Below, one piece after another: positions 18,552 to 28,581 of a stretch of 63,072 nucleotides of DNA. The DNA is from a virus (lineage: Duplodnaviria > Caudoviricetes). The number at the start of each line of letters is the position of its first letter. The stretch's first letter is position 1. Location: positions 1 through 63,072 of IMG/VR virus record IMGVR_UViG_3300044815_000135; one strand, written 5' to 3'. The position numbers and the translations under genes are program-made. The notes under the pieces were generated by a model that saw only the letters and a list, made by a program, of their open reading frames with translations, ran no database searches and was not told where the DNA came from.

Positions 18552-19349
18552 CTACAAGTTATCGATGTCGAGTTCTTCTAACTCATCATCCGAGATATCT
18601 GCAGCCTTCTTTGCAGCAGGCTTCTTGGCAGCTGGCTTAGCAGCAACCTTCTTTACCGGAGGAGCAACCTCTTCCTCTTCTTCCTCATCCTCCTCGATAT
18701 CTTCATCCTCCGACCCGGCAGCTGCACGGATAAGATTACGAATATCATCATCGGACATGGAAGTAGTAGTCTTCACTTCAGGGTCTAGCTTCTTGAGAGC
18801 CTTGCGAAGTTCAAGACGATCAATGATGTTATCCCACTCATCACCCGTTTCAACTTCTTCTTCCGGCTCTTCCTCAGCCTCATCAAGATCTTCGAGGTCA
18901 TCATCTGCAGCCTCGTCATCCTCAACATCTTCTACTTCGTCAGAATCATCAGAATCTGCGAGTTCAGCAGCCGGGAATACCCCATCAATCTGACTCTGAG
19001 GCTTGTCGTCATATTCAGTATCACCGATAGTAACACCAATTGTCTTACCAATGATGCTGTTAGGGTCAACCTTCTGCTTACTCTTAGGTACATTCTTGCC
19101 GGCAGCAATAAAGATGTTGCGAAGCTTCCAGAGCTGGTTGTCTTGCAACTTGCAGTAGTAAGGCAATACAGTACTCGGGCGCTTCTTGATCTTGATAGTG
19201 AAGAGGAACTGTGGAGTTTCGTCCTTAGCCTCCGCATCTTCTACCTTAGTGATGATAGCAAGATAATCTCCTGCAGGAATACGGGTCTTGTTAAAGTTGC
19301 CCCCATCCTTTACCCCACTAAAGTCTACATTTCTCGCTGTTGCACTCAT
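18552..19349 (-). CDS. single-stranded DNA-binding protein (DUF669-like) with acidic/Lys-Ala tail
   Basis: IPAGDY.A.I, LWKL, P..IIGK motifs; follows Sak4-like ATPase. Confidence 0.65.
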   Translation of the reverse strand: MSATARNVDFSGVKDGGNFNKTRIPAGDYLAIITKVEDAEAKDETPQFLFTIKIKKRPSTVLPYYCKLQDNQLWKLRNIFIAAGKNVPKSKQKVDPNSIIGKTIGVTIGDTEYDDKPQSQIDGVFPAAELADSDDSDEVEDVEDDEAADDDLEDLDEAEEEPEEEVETGDEWDNIIDRLELRKALKKLDPEVKTTTSMSDDDIRNLIRAAAGSEDEDIEEDEEEEEEVAPPVKKVAAKPAAKKPAAKKAADISDDELEELDIDNL

Positions 19350-19425
19350 TTGTTTCCTTTGCTTTGTTTGAGGCTTCGTTTAACTAGTTTATCAGACCTT
19401 ATTTATGGTTCTAAGGTCTCCTTTC

Positions 19426-20223
19426 TCACTTAGCCGAGGTTTTCACCGCGGAAGTCGTTGCAGGTTTTTCAGACCCAGTTCTCATAAGTCGAACTAACTT
19501 GGGGATTGTGGGATTCCGGATGTAATCGGGTAGAGTGTAATCAGATCTATATCCGGTATCGTACTTAAGTGATTCACCAATCCAAAGTCGGCGTTCAACC
19601 TTACCATCTTCTTTTACAATGTATAGTCGACCAATAACATCAACTATCGAATTGACATACCCTCTTACCCCCTTGGGTAAATCAGCAATGTAAGAAGCAG
19701 CAGGAGTTTCAACATCTGAATCTTCTTCTGAGTCAAATGCCTCATCTTGTCGCTCCTGAGAGGTAAAGATAACCCCCATAGGTAGATTATGAAACCGGGT
19801 AAGCATATCCTTCATAAGCTCCCCAGCCTTACCATAGTCTCGCTGTTGAACCATCCCGGGAATACGATCGAGGCTTTTTTCCTCCTGAAGTCTCATAACA
19901 TATTTCAATGCCATGTTACTCATCTTAGTAAGTCCATCAACCCCAACCCACTTATAGGGGTGTGGACTATAGCGAAGATAGTTTAGAATATCATCGACAT
20001 CCTCCCACTTCTCCATATGCCAAACATATGGGTCAGATTTCTTCATCTCATCTGTACCATGCTCAGGATCGATGATAAGGATGTTCTCCACACCTACCGA
20101 GAGGCAGAAGGTGGATTTACCCTTTTTGTTTCTTGCAACCACCATGATACGGGGAAACTTTTTGATGGTGGAGGGCCTAGAAATTTGTTTCTCAGCCAGG
20201 GCTGCATAGTCAATCTTTGCCAT
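19426..20223 (-). CDS. AAA_24 / Sak4-like ATPase
   Basis: GKST, IDPEHG, VDGLT, DYG, DVIGRL. Confidence 0.8.
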   Translation of the reverse strand: MAKIDYAALAEKQISRPSTIKKFPRIMVVARNKKGKSTFCLSVGVENILIIDPEHGTDEMKKSDPYVWHMEKWEDVDDILNYLRYSPHPYKWVGVDGLTKMSNMALKYVMRLQEEKSLDRIPGMVQQRDYGKAGELMKDMLTRFHNLPMGVIFTSQERQDEAFDSEEDSDVETPAASYIADLPKGVRGYVNSIVDVIGRLYIVKEDGKVERRLWIGESLKYDTGYRSDYTLPDYIRNPTIPKLVRLMRTGSEKPATTSAVKTSAK

Positions 20224-21344
20224 TATTTCTCTTCCTTGTCGAAATCGCCAGCTTTATCTTGATAGTAGTCGTTGGGGTCACCCTGGAGATAATTAGACTT
20301 CATGAGAGGTTTCATATTACCCCCCATAAGCTCAGCATCACAGATGTCAGTATAATTACAAGCATACTCACAACTTCGTTCAACTACCCGTTCAACAGCA
20401 TCTGGATCGCTGAAGTCATATGTATGCATTCGATTTGAGGTGGTGATATTGCTCTTCAGTACTCGTTCAAGCATATCTGGAGATTTCTCAAGTACATCTC
20501 GGCGAAACAATTCCGAAGTTTGCGGCTTACCAAACTCATATCGTTGTTTTTGCAACATCTTGAGTTTATCTCGATCTTTATCCCGTACCTCAAATGTGGG
20601 ATATTCTTCTTTGTATTTGACAATGGTTTTATACATTGTTGGAAAATCAGTATCACAAGCCGCATCACTTAGGCGAGCTACCTTACGAGTAAGATCAACA
20701 ATCTTAGGTTCAGATGGGGCCTTCCATCGGATATAGTTCCAAATAAAGCCTTGCACTTCCAGGCCATTCTCTGCGGCAGCCCATAAGTAAAGGGCAGATT
20801 GAGCATCCTTGAGTCGATAGGAGAGCCCTGGCAGTGTTTTATGCGTCTTGTGGTCTACAAGCCATAACCCAAATTGATTACGAATGAGGGCATCAACTTT
20901 ACCCCGATAAATAGTTCCATCAGGTAAGGTGGCTTCAAGTTGAAATTCTTGGTCAATGTATTCCCATGGGTCATATTTATAATGCCACATGTAAGATTCC
21001 ATAATGATAAGAATCTCAGTTGGCATATCACCATAATAATCCTTTTCTTCATCCATCATCAGCGCGAACTTGGCACTGTACTTTGAATGAAGTTTTCGCC
21101 AGTCTTCACCACTGTGATATGCTTCTAACAACGCATGAACCCAAGTTCCTCGTTTCAATGGAGAACCGAGTCGCTTGGGCTTTAATCTATGTACATATTT
21201 AAACTCAGCTTGTTTGGGGCATCGGCGAAAGGTTTTCAACATTGAATGTGTGCTTATGCGTGCTCCAGCACCATCATTCGCTTCGGGATCCCAATATAGT
21301 CCTTGTGAAGAACTAAGGGGCATACCTAGATTAATTGCGGCCAT
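20223..21344 (-). CDS. Cas4-like PD-(D/E)xK exonuclease
   Basis: CP, G..VH, GKVD, VDHKT, Q..LY, C-terminal CxxxC..C. Confidence 0.85.
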   Translation of the reverse strand: MAAINLGMPLSSSQGLYWDPEANDGAGARISTHSMLKTFRRCPKQAEFKYVHRLKPKRLGSPLKRGTWVHALLEAYHSGEDWRKLHSKYSAKFALMMDEEKDYYGDMPTEILIIMESYMWHYKYDPWEYIDQEFQLEATLPDGTIYRGKVDALIRNQFGLWLVDHKTHKTLPGLSYRLKDAQSALYLWAAAENGLEVQGFIWNYIRWKAPSEPKIVDLTRKVARLSDAACDTDFPTMYKTIVKYKEEYPTFEVRDKDRDKLKMLQKQRYEFGKPQTSELFRRDVLEKSPDMLERVLKSNITTSNRMHTYDFSDPDAVERVVERSCEYACNYTDICDAELMGGNMKPLMKSNYLQGDPNDYYQDKAGDFDKEEK

Positions 21345-21681
21345 AATCAGGACCTCCCAATTCTACCCAACGGGCTCGTTTAATAGAACCCAAATAAGGC
21401 CACAAAGACTGCATTACTTCCTGAGCAGCTGCCCATGAGGTAATGGTAAGATAAATTCCCCACTTAAGGCCATTGGGTTTCAATGTTTTGGGATAACATA
21501 GATTGCCATAACCTACAATCTCTTGGAATTTAAGTAGTACCTCATCATCTTGTTGACCCACGGTCAAACGAATACGGGTACTTTTAGCTCGATGGGGATT
21601 TTGTCGAGAGACACAACCCTCGCCATCAAAAAAGCCAGCGGCCCATGCCAAGCCGACTTCTTTCTGTGTAGTTGAAAGCAA
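21331..21681 (-). mobile_element. single-motif LAGLIDADG homing endonuclease
   Basis: LAWAAGFFDGEGC ... PYL..K. Confidence 0.85.
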
Positions 21682-21739
21682 TTGAGCTCCTTGAAATGAA
21701 AGTTAGTTACCTCCATCATACCATTCTGAGAATGGGGAG

Positions 21740-21970
21740 TCAATTACTTAAGTCTTGCTCCAGCTCTTTTGAGAATTCGGCTACTGCATGGTCGATTCTC
21801 CATTGCTGGGCCTTAGAACTCATATATCCTCGACCAAAGAAGTCTGAGGCAAAAAGTATAAGTGAGGGGGGTATATCGTCAAGATCGCTTCGTTTTTTGA
21901 AAAGCTCTTCAGCTTCTTTTCTCCATTGAACAAAGTCATTAATGGTGGGATGGGGAATTTTATTACTCAT
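21740..21970 (-). CDS. hypothetical protein
   Basis: Operon packing. Confidence 0.5.
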   Translation of the reverse strand: MSNKIPHPTINDFVQWRKEAEELFKKRSDLDDIPPSLILFASDFFGRGYMSSKAQQWRIDHAVAEFSKELEQDLSN

Positions 21971-22136
21971 GCGACCTTCTGCTCCTCACTTGTGAGATGG
22001 TAATGTTTACCAAATTTACAAGGATAATATCGCCTTTCTCCCTTATCCTTCCACACCCTACGAGAAAGGGCAATCTTGGCCTCGATTTCTTCTCGAAAAA
22101 TCACTTTCCCAGTGCGTCTGCACTTCAAGGCGCCCA

Positions 22137-22547
22137 TTAGTGTAACTGCTCAATCAGGTAGGCAGTGAAAGCTGCTCTTTGTGTAAGGTTCATTCCGATC
22201 ATCGAGGTTCGAAGAGTACTCACTGCCCGATCAACAGGCGTTGAATGATCCCTGTTTAATTCCTTTTCTCGACGTCGTTTTGTTGCAAGAACTACATCGG
22301 AATGACTTAAAGCCTCCCATTGAGCAACAGCTACTTTGTCATCAAAATAACCAATAATACGAGGAGCATCCTCACCAGAAACCTTAACCATGCTCCCTTC
22401 AGTTTCGGTAATCTCGATAAGAGCTCCAATTTTGGCTGCTGGTATAAGTACTCGCTTATAACTGAAAGTATTTATTCCATTGGTATAAAAGTGTCGAAGA
22501 GTGGGATTACCTCTACGACCAATGTAAGTGATGGTTTTCTTTGTCAT
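22137..22547 (-). CDS. hypothetical protein
   Basis: AGGAGG RBS. Confidence 0.65.
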   Translation of the reverse strand: MTKKTITYIGRRGNPTLRHFYTNGINTFSYKRVLIPAAKIGALIEITETEGSMVKVSGEDAPRIIGYFDDKVAVAQWEALSHSDVVLATKRRREKELNRDHSTPVDRAVSTLRTSMIGMNLTQRAAFTAYLIEQLH

Positions 22548-22608
22548 TTGTTCGCCTCCTTAGCGATTTGATTGATACCCCCATTTTATCAGCCTAGCAG
22601 GCAAGACC

Positions 22609-25137
22609 CTACTGTCCCTTATACTCAAGTTTGAAGTCATATACCTGTTCGGGGCTTAGCTCAATCTTATCACCCCAATGTTGTCCAACAGATACATCGG
22701 CAACAATTGGAATATCAACCACAGTGCCAAACTTACGAGATACAAGGTCCATATCTTCCATGACATCCTTGATAATGGGTAAGCATCGAAACAACCAGTC
22801 ATCCCTAATCTCATAGTTGATGGCATCATGTACTAATCCAAGACAGTTAGCCGCAGCACCAATTTCTCTGAAACGTCGGTTAATTTCGATCATAGCCAGT
22901 ACAGCCAGGTCAGAAGCAAATCCTTGCACTGGTGAGTTAATGGCCTGACGTTCAGCTTCGGCGCGCACCCCCTGATCGGGTGAATATATATCAGGGAGAT
23001 GACGGATGCGCCCAATCGGACTTTGCACTCGTCCATATTCGTTTACCAGTCGACGCATTTTGGCGTGCCAGGGAAGCAATCTAGGATACAAATCAAAATA
23101 TGCCTTGCGTGCGCCTTGGGCTTCTGACATATTGAAGATAGAACCATAGTTCTCAAATGCGGTAATAATGAACTTACCAGGCCCCATACCATATAGAAAA
23201 CCAAAGTTAACCGGCTTACCTACCTTTTTGCGAATTTCTTTAGTAACTTGAGATTCAGGTAAACCAGTAACGCGCATGGAGGTAGTCATATGAATATCCC
23301 CACCAATAGCATAGATATGCTTCATTGTGGTTTCATTGGCTAGAAGAGCAGCAATCCTTAGCTCAATTTGAGAATAGTCAGATTCTACGAAGGTCCATCC
23401 GGGGGGAGCTCCAAAAAGACCCCTAATGAAAGGGTCCCGGGGGACTTGCTGGAGATTGACACCCCGCATTTTACCCCTAGTACCTGAAATCTTATCTGGG
23501 TCAGATTTGCCTGAACTAAGCCGGCCCGTAACTGTGCCACCGAGCTTGAATGTTGTATGTATCCTATGATCTTCATCGTATAACTCCGCGTATGGTCTAA
23601 AGAAACTGGATAGATGCTTCTGTGCAGTAACTCGCTCAAGCATTCCTTCAACTACCGGGTGCTTATCACGGAGTCCCATGAGAATACCCTCAGCCATGCT
23701 CGGGTCACCAGGCAAACCATCCTGTTTTTGCTTACCTCGTTCAATTATGGGAAGCTCTAGCCAATCAAATAACATCCAACGAGCAAAGATGCTAGCATTG
23801 AAGTTTTCTTTGTAGGGTATACGTTTATCCCCCGACTTCAAATGCTTTACAACTGCAGGCCACCGATCATCTTCGGGTGTGGGAAGTTCTGCAGCATCAC
23901 GGATATTTTGCTCAATACGGGCTAAGTTAGCTTCGGCAATGGGAGTTCGTTCATTGAGTCGTTGTACATCAATCCAAGCTCCTCGGATTTCAGAGTCAAT
24001 TAGGTCTCGTTGAGCAGGCATTGTTAATTTACTAAATACTCTAGCAATTCGAGGTTGAGCCTTTAGTTCTTCAACCAACTGCTGTTTAACCCAGTACATA
24101 TACCAAGTATCAAGAACATTGTAATGTAGGACATCCGCTATGGGGTATGAGTCAAGATTACCAGTATCAATACCCCATGGTTCTACTCCTAGTCGAGACA
24201 TCGCTTGAGGCTTTAGCCCCTTTTGAACATTCTCATTCAATAAGTGGATCGCAAGCATAGTATCAAAGGTAGGATAGAGTTTTACTCCATACCATATTAA
24301 CCACTTACAGTCGAAGCTTGCATTATGAGCAACTACCCTTTTAATCTTGGTACAATGCTTAGCCATGACCTCAAGAATACGTTGCCACATATTACGCCAT
24401 GGTGATTGTACATGAGCGAGGGGAATGGCAAAAACTGCCCGTTTTTTAATACCAAAGCTATCAATGACTACACAAGTGGCAGCAATGGAAATCATTCTAG
24501 AACCTTGCTCAGCCTGATAGTATTCCCCGCCCGCAGTCTCAATATCAACATAGATTTCATCAGTCATATCAAGAATCTTCCAAATCTTCTTGAGTTTTTC
24601 GACTGTGTCACCGACAATGTAATTAGGATCGGGAATACCTTGCTCACGTTCAAGAACCCGATTGGCAAATAGTCTCATATCCGCCATATATCCAGGCTTT
24701 TGCCCAGGATTGCGATTGACTGCTGAAGGAGAAATGGTTGCCATTACTATGGCATCACCATGATCGAAAGGTTTACCTCGATACTTCATAATGCCCGATT
24801 TACCAGCCATTACTTGTAGAGATTCATTACCTAAAGCTAAGATATACTTCGGATTGATTCTTTCAATCTCAGGAAGTAGATACTTAGCAGCATGCTCCTT
24901 GAGTTGCTTAGTGGTTAGAGAAGTATCAAAATCTCGACATTTGATTACTGGAGTAAAGTAAATCTTACTAGGATCAAGACCTAGCTCCTTCAACTCCAGT
25001 TCGAGCGAATCTTGAAATCTGCCAGAAGACTTGCGATTAGTTACTACTACGATTTCTGCATCTTTAGGACCTATAGCATAAGATTCAACATCATGCTCAG
25101 CACAATAGATGCACTGCTCATCAAGTTGAACTACCAT
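22609..25137 (-). CDS. polA: family A DNA polymerase with N-terminal UDG-fold domain and 3'-5' exonuclease
   Basis: DIET, HNASFD, DTM; TVTGRLSS, NLQQVP, DYSQIELR, K.VNFGFLYG, VHD. Confidence 0.95.
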   Translation of the reverse strand: MVVQLDEQCIYCAEHDVESYAIGPKDAEIVVVTNRKSSGRFQDSLELELKELGLDPSKIYFTPVIKCRDFDTSLTTKQLKEHAAKYLLPEIERINPKYILALGNESLQVMAGKSGIMKYRGKPFDHGDAIVMATISPSAVNRNPGQKPGYMADMRLFANRVLEREQGIPDPNYIVGDTVEKLKKIWKILDMTDEIYVDIETAGGEYYQAEQGSRMISIAATCVVIDSFGIKKRAVFAIPLAHVQSPWRNMWQRILEVMAKHCTKIKRVVAHNASFDCKWLIWYGVKLYPTFDTMLAIHLLNENVQKGLKPQAMSRLGVEPWGIDTGNLDSYPIADVLHYNVLDTWYMYWVKQQLVEELKAQPRIARVFSKLTMPAQRDLIDSEIRGAWIDVQRLNERTPIAEANLARIEQNIRDAAELPTPEDDRWPAVVKHLKSGDKRIPYKENFNASIFARWMLFDWLELPIIERGKQKQDGLPGDPSMAEGILMGLRDKHPVVEGMLERVTAQKHLSSFFRPYAELYDEDHRIHTTFKLGGTVTGRLSSGKSDPDKISGTRGKMRGVNLQQVPRDPFIRGLFGAPPGWTFVESDYSQIELRIAALLANETTMKHIYAIGGDIHMTTSMRVTGLPESQVTKEIRKKVGKPVNFGFLYGMGPGKFIITAFENYGSIFNMSEAQGARKAYFDLYPRLLPWHAKMRRLVNEYGRVQSPIGRIRHLPDIYSPDQGVRAEAERQAINSPVQGFASDLAVLAMIEINRRFREIGAAANCLGLVHDAINYEIRDDWLFRCLPIIKDVMEDMDLVSRKFGTVVDIPIVADVSVGQHWGDKIELSPEQVYDFKLEYKGQ

Positions 25138-25149
25138 AAGATAACCCTA

Positions 25150-25584
25150 TCATTTATGAATCGACATCTCAAGAACCTTGATCCCAGCTTTCTCAAGCAG
25201 TTCCACACCCTCAGTGAGTCGATATGGGAAGGTAAAGGTTACTATACTAATACCTGCACTAATTATGGTTCTGGCACAAGCAAGGCAGGGGGCATGAGTT
25301 ACATATAAATCACTACCCTCAAGTGCTGTACCATATCTCGCAGCATAAGCTATTGCGTTTCTCTCAGCATGTTCCGCATTTTCACAACCTCGAGTGCTCT
25401 CAATCATAAGATGATGATGTTCACAATGGGGTAACCCAGTAGGGGCTCCATTATAACCCATGCTAATAATCCGCCCATCTCGGGCAATTACTGCTCCCAC
25501 CTGAAGCCGTTGACAAGTGCCTCGCTTAGCCACAGTGAAAGCCATTTCCATCAGCATCTCACTACGAGAAATTCTTAGTACCAT
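25150..25584 (-). CDS. dCMP deaminase
   Basis: GYNG.P, HAERNA, PCLAC. Confidence 0.92.
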   Translation of the reverse strand: MVLRISRSEMLMEMAFTVAKRGTCQRLQVGAVIARDGRIISMGYNGAPTGLPHCEHHHLMIESTRGCENAEHAERNAIAYAARYGTALEGSDLYVTHAPCLACARTIISAGISIVTFTFPYRLTEGVELLEKAGIKVLEMSIHK

Positions 25585-26489
25585 ATTTTACCCTGCGTTT
25601 TCCAGAAATTGATAAGATCTACATCTTGAGCAAATATGTGCATGTTAGCCGTGTGAAAAATTAAATCGCCAACCTCTAAGCCTGGGTCAGTAAATGGTCC
25701 ATCTATGGCAAGATGATAATCTCTTAATTGTTTTACCATCCACTGCGCCAATCGACCTGCCATATATACATCATCTTGAAAATGACGTAGTAAATCAGTA
25801 GAACGCATGAAGTAAGTGATGTTTAACTTGCCATCACGGATTAAGAAGTGATACCCAAGAGTACAAGGAACTCGCTTACCATGAACAGCTCCAGTATCTT
25901 CAGGGAACCATATAGGTAAATAGGCCTGACGAGTTAATGGTGTTTTATTAAGCTGTTTAATAACATCCTGTAAATCACCAACCTCAAATCGAATACCATG
26001 ATGAGGAAAGGTACGAATCAAATCACCAAGTTTAGGCTCTACTTGATTAGCATATTTCGGCCACATTCGCTCAGGGTAGGTGTGACTAAAGGCCTCACCT
26101 TCACTCTTGTGATCGGCATTGGTAGTTTCACCTTTCTTAGCGAATGGCCACCATGCTTCACTAGGTGAGGGATTTAGTGGTTTACCTCCGACCCTCTCAA
26201 GAAAATGATCCTCAGCCCAAGGCACGCGAGCCCCAGTTTGATTAGCAAGTTCTTCTGCAGTTTCAGGTAATGGCATACTAAAAACTACATTGAGTAGCTC
26301 ATGCATTACCATTTCACCCTTAATGCTTTGCCATTCTCCTACATCTACTGGGTCAGCATCTAAAAGTTCATCTCGCATTTGAACAAACATGCGGTGAAAA
26401 CCATCACCTCGAACTATTTGCTTGGGAATTTCAAAATGGTTAATCAAGTCTATCTCCTTAGGGGCTGGGAAGCGATCTAAAATCGCCAA
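25575..26489 (-). CDS. thymidylate-synthase-fold enzyme, probably dCMP-modifying
   Basis: TRQA, VPC, MRSTDLLRHFQDD, NMHIF. Confidence 0.85.
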   Translation of the reverse strand: MAILDRFPAPKEIDLINHFEIPKQIVRGDGFHRMFVQMRDELLDADPVDVGEWQSIKGEMVMHELLNVVFSMPLPETAEELANQTGARVPWAEDHFLERVGGKPLNPSPSEAWWPFAKKGETTNADHKSEGEAFSHTYPERMWPKYANQVEPKLGDLIRTFPHHGIRFEVGDLQDVIKQLNKTPLTRQAYLPIWFPEDTGAVHGKRVPCTLGYHFLIRDGKLNITYFMRSTDLLRHFQDDVYMAGRLAQWMVKQLRDYHLAIDGPFTDPGLEVGDLIFHTANMHIFAQDVDLINFWKTQGKIWY

Positions 26490-26507
26490 TACGGGTTACG
26501 CGATCAA

Positions 26508-27551
26508 TTACTCATCGTCTTCATCAGAGTCATCAAAATCGCCTCCAACAAATGGTTCACCATAGCTTCTACTTGCTGGCATACCAATTGGTGATAAATC
26601 AAGGGTACCAACCTTTACTGAGGGAAGCAACTTGTAGAGCTTAAAAAATTCCTTCTCTTCACCCTTTTTTCCTTTGGCAGTATCCTGCTTGTAATAACTA
26701 TAACCCTCGAACTGCTCCGCATATTTCTCCCCATAAACTTCGGTGTGGAATCGTCGAACAATACGTCGGAAGGTATTGTAAGTCATATCACCATAACTGC
26801 GACCAGAGTTATCCTCTTTAATTACCTTTTGTAACCACTTACGCGAAAGTCTAATCGCAGGATGATTAAGAATCTCTCGTTTTTCTTCATTTGACAAAGC
26901 AGTTGAAGGATCTATCAGCAAGCTACGGTAGCGATTTTGTTTTTCTTCCTCAGTATGATTAAGCATATATGCCAAAGATTTGAAGTTATGCCATTGGATT
27001 GCCTGATTAACCCAGACAAACTTCATTTTCTCAACTGGGATCCCTAATTCTTTAGCCAGATATTTCCCTACGACCCAGGCCACACATAAGTCGAGAGCTC
27101 CGATATAGCCGAGATAGCTTGTTCGGGAGTAGAGAGTAATTTGCGGTACAGGGAGGGCTTTATAGCTGAGGTTAAGCATGCAACTTCCCCAGGTTCTGGT
27201 CTGTTTATTGGTATGCCCAGTTGAAGCTCCCCCCCTTGGTTTGACAATCTTAGTTCTGAGGACGGCGATTCCACGGTTACTGGTTCCAATCTTACTAGTA
27301 CACTGACCAATCCAAGCTTCTAATTCATCCGGGTCAAGATACTGACGAACCATCATCGACCATCGAGACTTAGTAAGCCAAGCCGATTTGAAATCAAAGT
27401 TCCAAGCCATAGAATCAGCTTCACCGATGATGTCATGGATCTGCACATCTACTGAAGAAATAATGTCTAGGTCTTCCTCAGATCCATGAATCAGACTATC
27501 TGTGAGCTTATCGTAAAGTTCTGTCATGGTTGAAGCTGTATAGTGCCTCAT
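26508..27551 (-). CDS. divergent second thymidylate-synthase-fold protein
   Basis: GSCMLNL...LYSRTSYLGYIGALD...QWH aligns with the TS PC/RS.D...N/H.Y motifs. Confidence 0.6.
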   Translation of the reverse strand: MRHYTASTMTELYDKLTDSLIHGSEEDLDIISSVDVQIHDIIGEADSMAWNFDFKSAWLTKSRWSMMVRQYLDPDELEAWIGQCTSKIGTSNRGIAVLRTKIVKPRGGASTGHTNKQTRTWGSCMLNLSYKALPVPQITLYSRTSYLGYIGALDLCVAWVVGKYLAKELGIPVEKMKFVWVNQAIQWHNFKSLAYMLNHTEEEKQNRYRSLLIDPSTALSNEEKREILNHPAIRLSRKWLQKVIKEDNSGRSYGDMTYNTFRRIVRRFHTEVYGEKYAEQFEGYSYYKQDTAKGKKGEEKEFFKLYKLLPSVKVGTLDLSPIGMPASRSYGEPFVGGDFDDSDEDDE

Positions 27552-27979
27552 ACTGGATATCCATACTTTCGAAGGATAGATGCGCCGTCAGGACCAACCC
27601 AACCCTCAGGTTTAATTACATCAAGAGCACTACCTCGTTTAGAATTAGAGCCGTCAGTAGCTGCTCGTTCCTTACGCATGTTCGCCGCCTGAACATCATC
27701 CCAAAGCTCAGGATGCGGAAAGCCAAGCATATGAGAGGTACCAAGAACCACATATTCGAGGTCAATAAGAGCATCAGCCATCTGGGCGTAATCCCCCTCT
27801 TCCCAGCCCTTGAGAAATTCATCGAGTTCTTCTTGCATGAACTGAAGACGGAACTTGATTAAAGCCGCCATATCAAAACTGCTCTTCGGAAGTTGGTGGT
27901 GACCAGGGTCACTAGTTGCCTCAGGTAAACCAAATTTGGCATGGAAGGCTGCAACATCAGCCCAGTGATTTTCACTCAT
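27548..27979 (-). CDS. MazG-like (all-alpha) NTP pyrophosphohydrolase
   Basis: V..FH.KF, EELDE, DALIDL.YV, NM.K, KPEGW..P. Confidence 0.88.
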   Translation of the reverse strand: MSENHWADVAAFHAKFGLPEATSDPGHHQLPKSSFDMAALIKFRLQFMQEELDEFLKGWEEGDYAQMADALIDLEYVVLGTSHMLGFPHPELWDDVQAANMRKERAATDGSNSKRGSALDVIKPEGWVGPDGASILRKYGYPV

Positions 27980-28524
27980 GAAGCTAGTTTCTCTTTCATC
28001 TCTCGGTGTACATCATTAAACCAGATTGGCAAACCGTCAATTTGGATACTGTTTTGATAATCCCACACATGAACGGTTGTTCGTGCATGGGTATAGTCAA
28101 GGGAAGCTCGGGCAACATATGCGGAGTAAATCTGTTCGATGTGTGCAAATACTGCAGCATTATCATTATCTCCGAAGAGGTTGGCTTTTATCTGGTCAAG
28201 AGAGGGTAAGCAGTAGATGATAATGGGCTCAATCTCATAGAACCGCTTCATTCGAGGGGCTAACCAAGCTATTTCGCCAAATCCGGGCTGAGGTTCAGAC
28301 CTAAGTATCGGACCGTAAATAGTTTCTGAAATCAAACGGTGTCGATCGAAGATGGTATTCTGGAAACCAGCATCAAGATTAGCATCCACCCATATCCTCA
28401 GGTTAACCAAAGCCGTAGTTTCTTTACTAACTACTCTAGACGCAACTGGAATATCGAAAGCTTCTTGAAAAGCCTTAATCAACGTTGTTTTTCCTGCGCC
28501 ATCAGGTCCTTCGAAGACTAGCAC
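27976..28524 (-). CDS. dNMP (thymidylate-like) kinase
   Basis: EGPDGAGKTT, DR..ISE.IYG. Confidence 0.85.
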   Translation of the reverse strand: MLVFEGPDGAGKTTLIKAFQEAFDIPVASRVVSKETTALVNLRIWVDANLDAGFQNTIFDRHRLISETIYGPILRSEPQPGFGEIAWLAPRMKRFYEIEPIIIYCLPSLDQIKANLFGDNDNAAVFAHIEQIYSAYVARASLDYTHARTTVHVWDYQNSIQIDGLPIWFNDVHREMKEKLAS

Positions 28525-28581
28525 CTAGTATCCCTTTCTATGGATGATTACGAGAACTATATCATTATGTGAACGCGGCTG

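Noticed and set aside
16628-18993. Poly-Ser ORFs 16628-17101, 17135-17344 and 18565-18993
   Set aside because: Antisense shadows of Glu/Asp-rich genes
20223-21344. Cas4-like nuclease as part of a CRISPR-Cas system
   Set aside because: No other cas genes or repeat-spacer array; it sits in the usual exonuclease/Sak4/SSB recombination module
21331-21681. Group I intron or intein around the LAGLIDADG gene
   Set aside because: Flanking genes appear uninterrupted; it looks free-standing
25150-28524. SPO1-type full hydroxymethyluracil substitution
   Set aside because: Less likely because ThyX is encoded and the specificity residue is Asp; not excluded without chemistry
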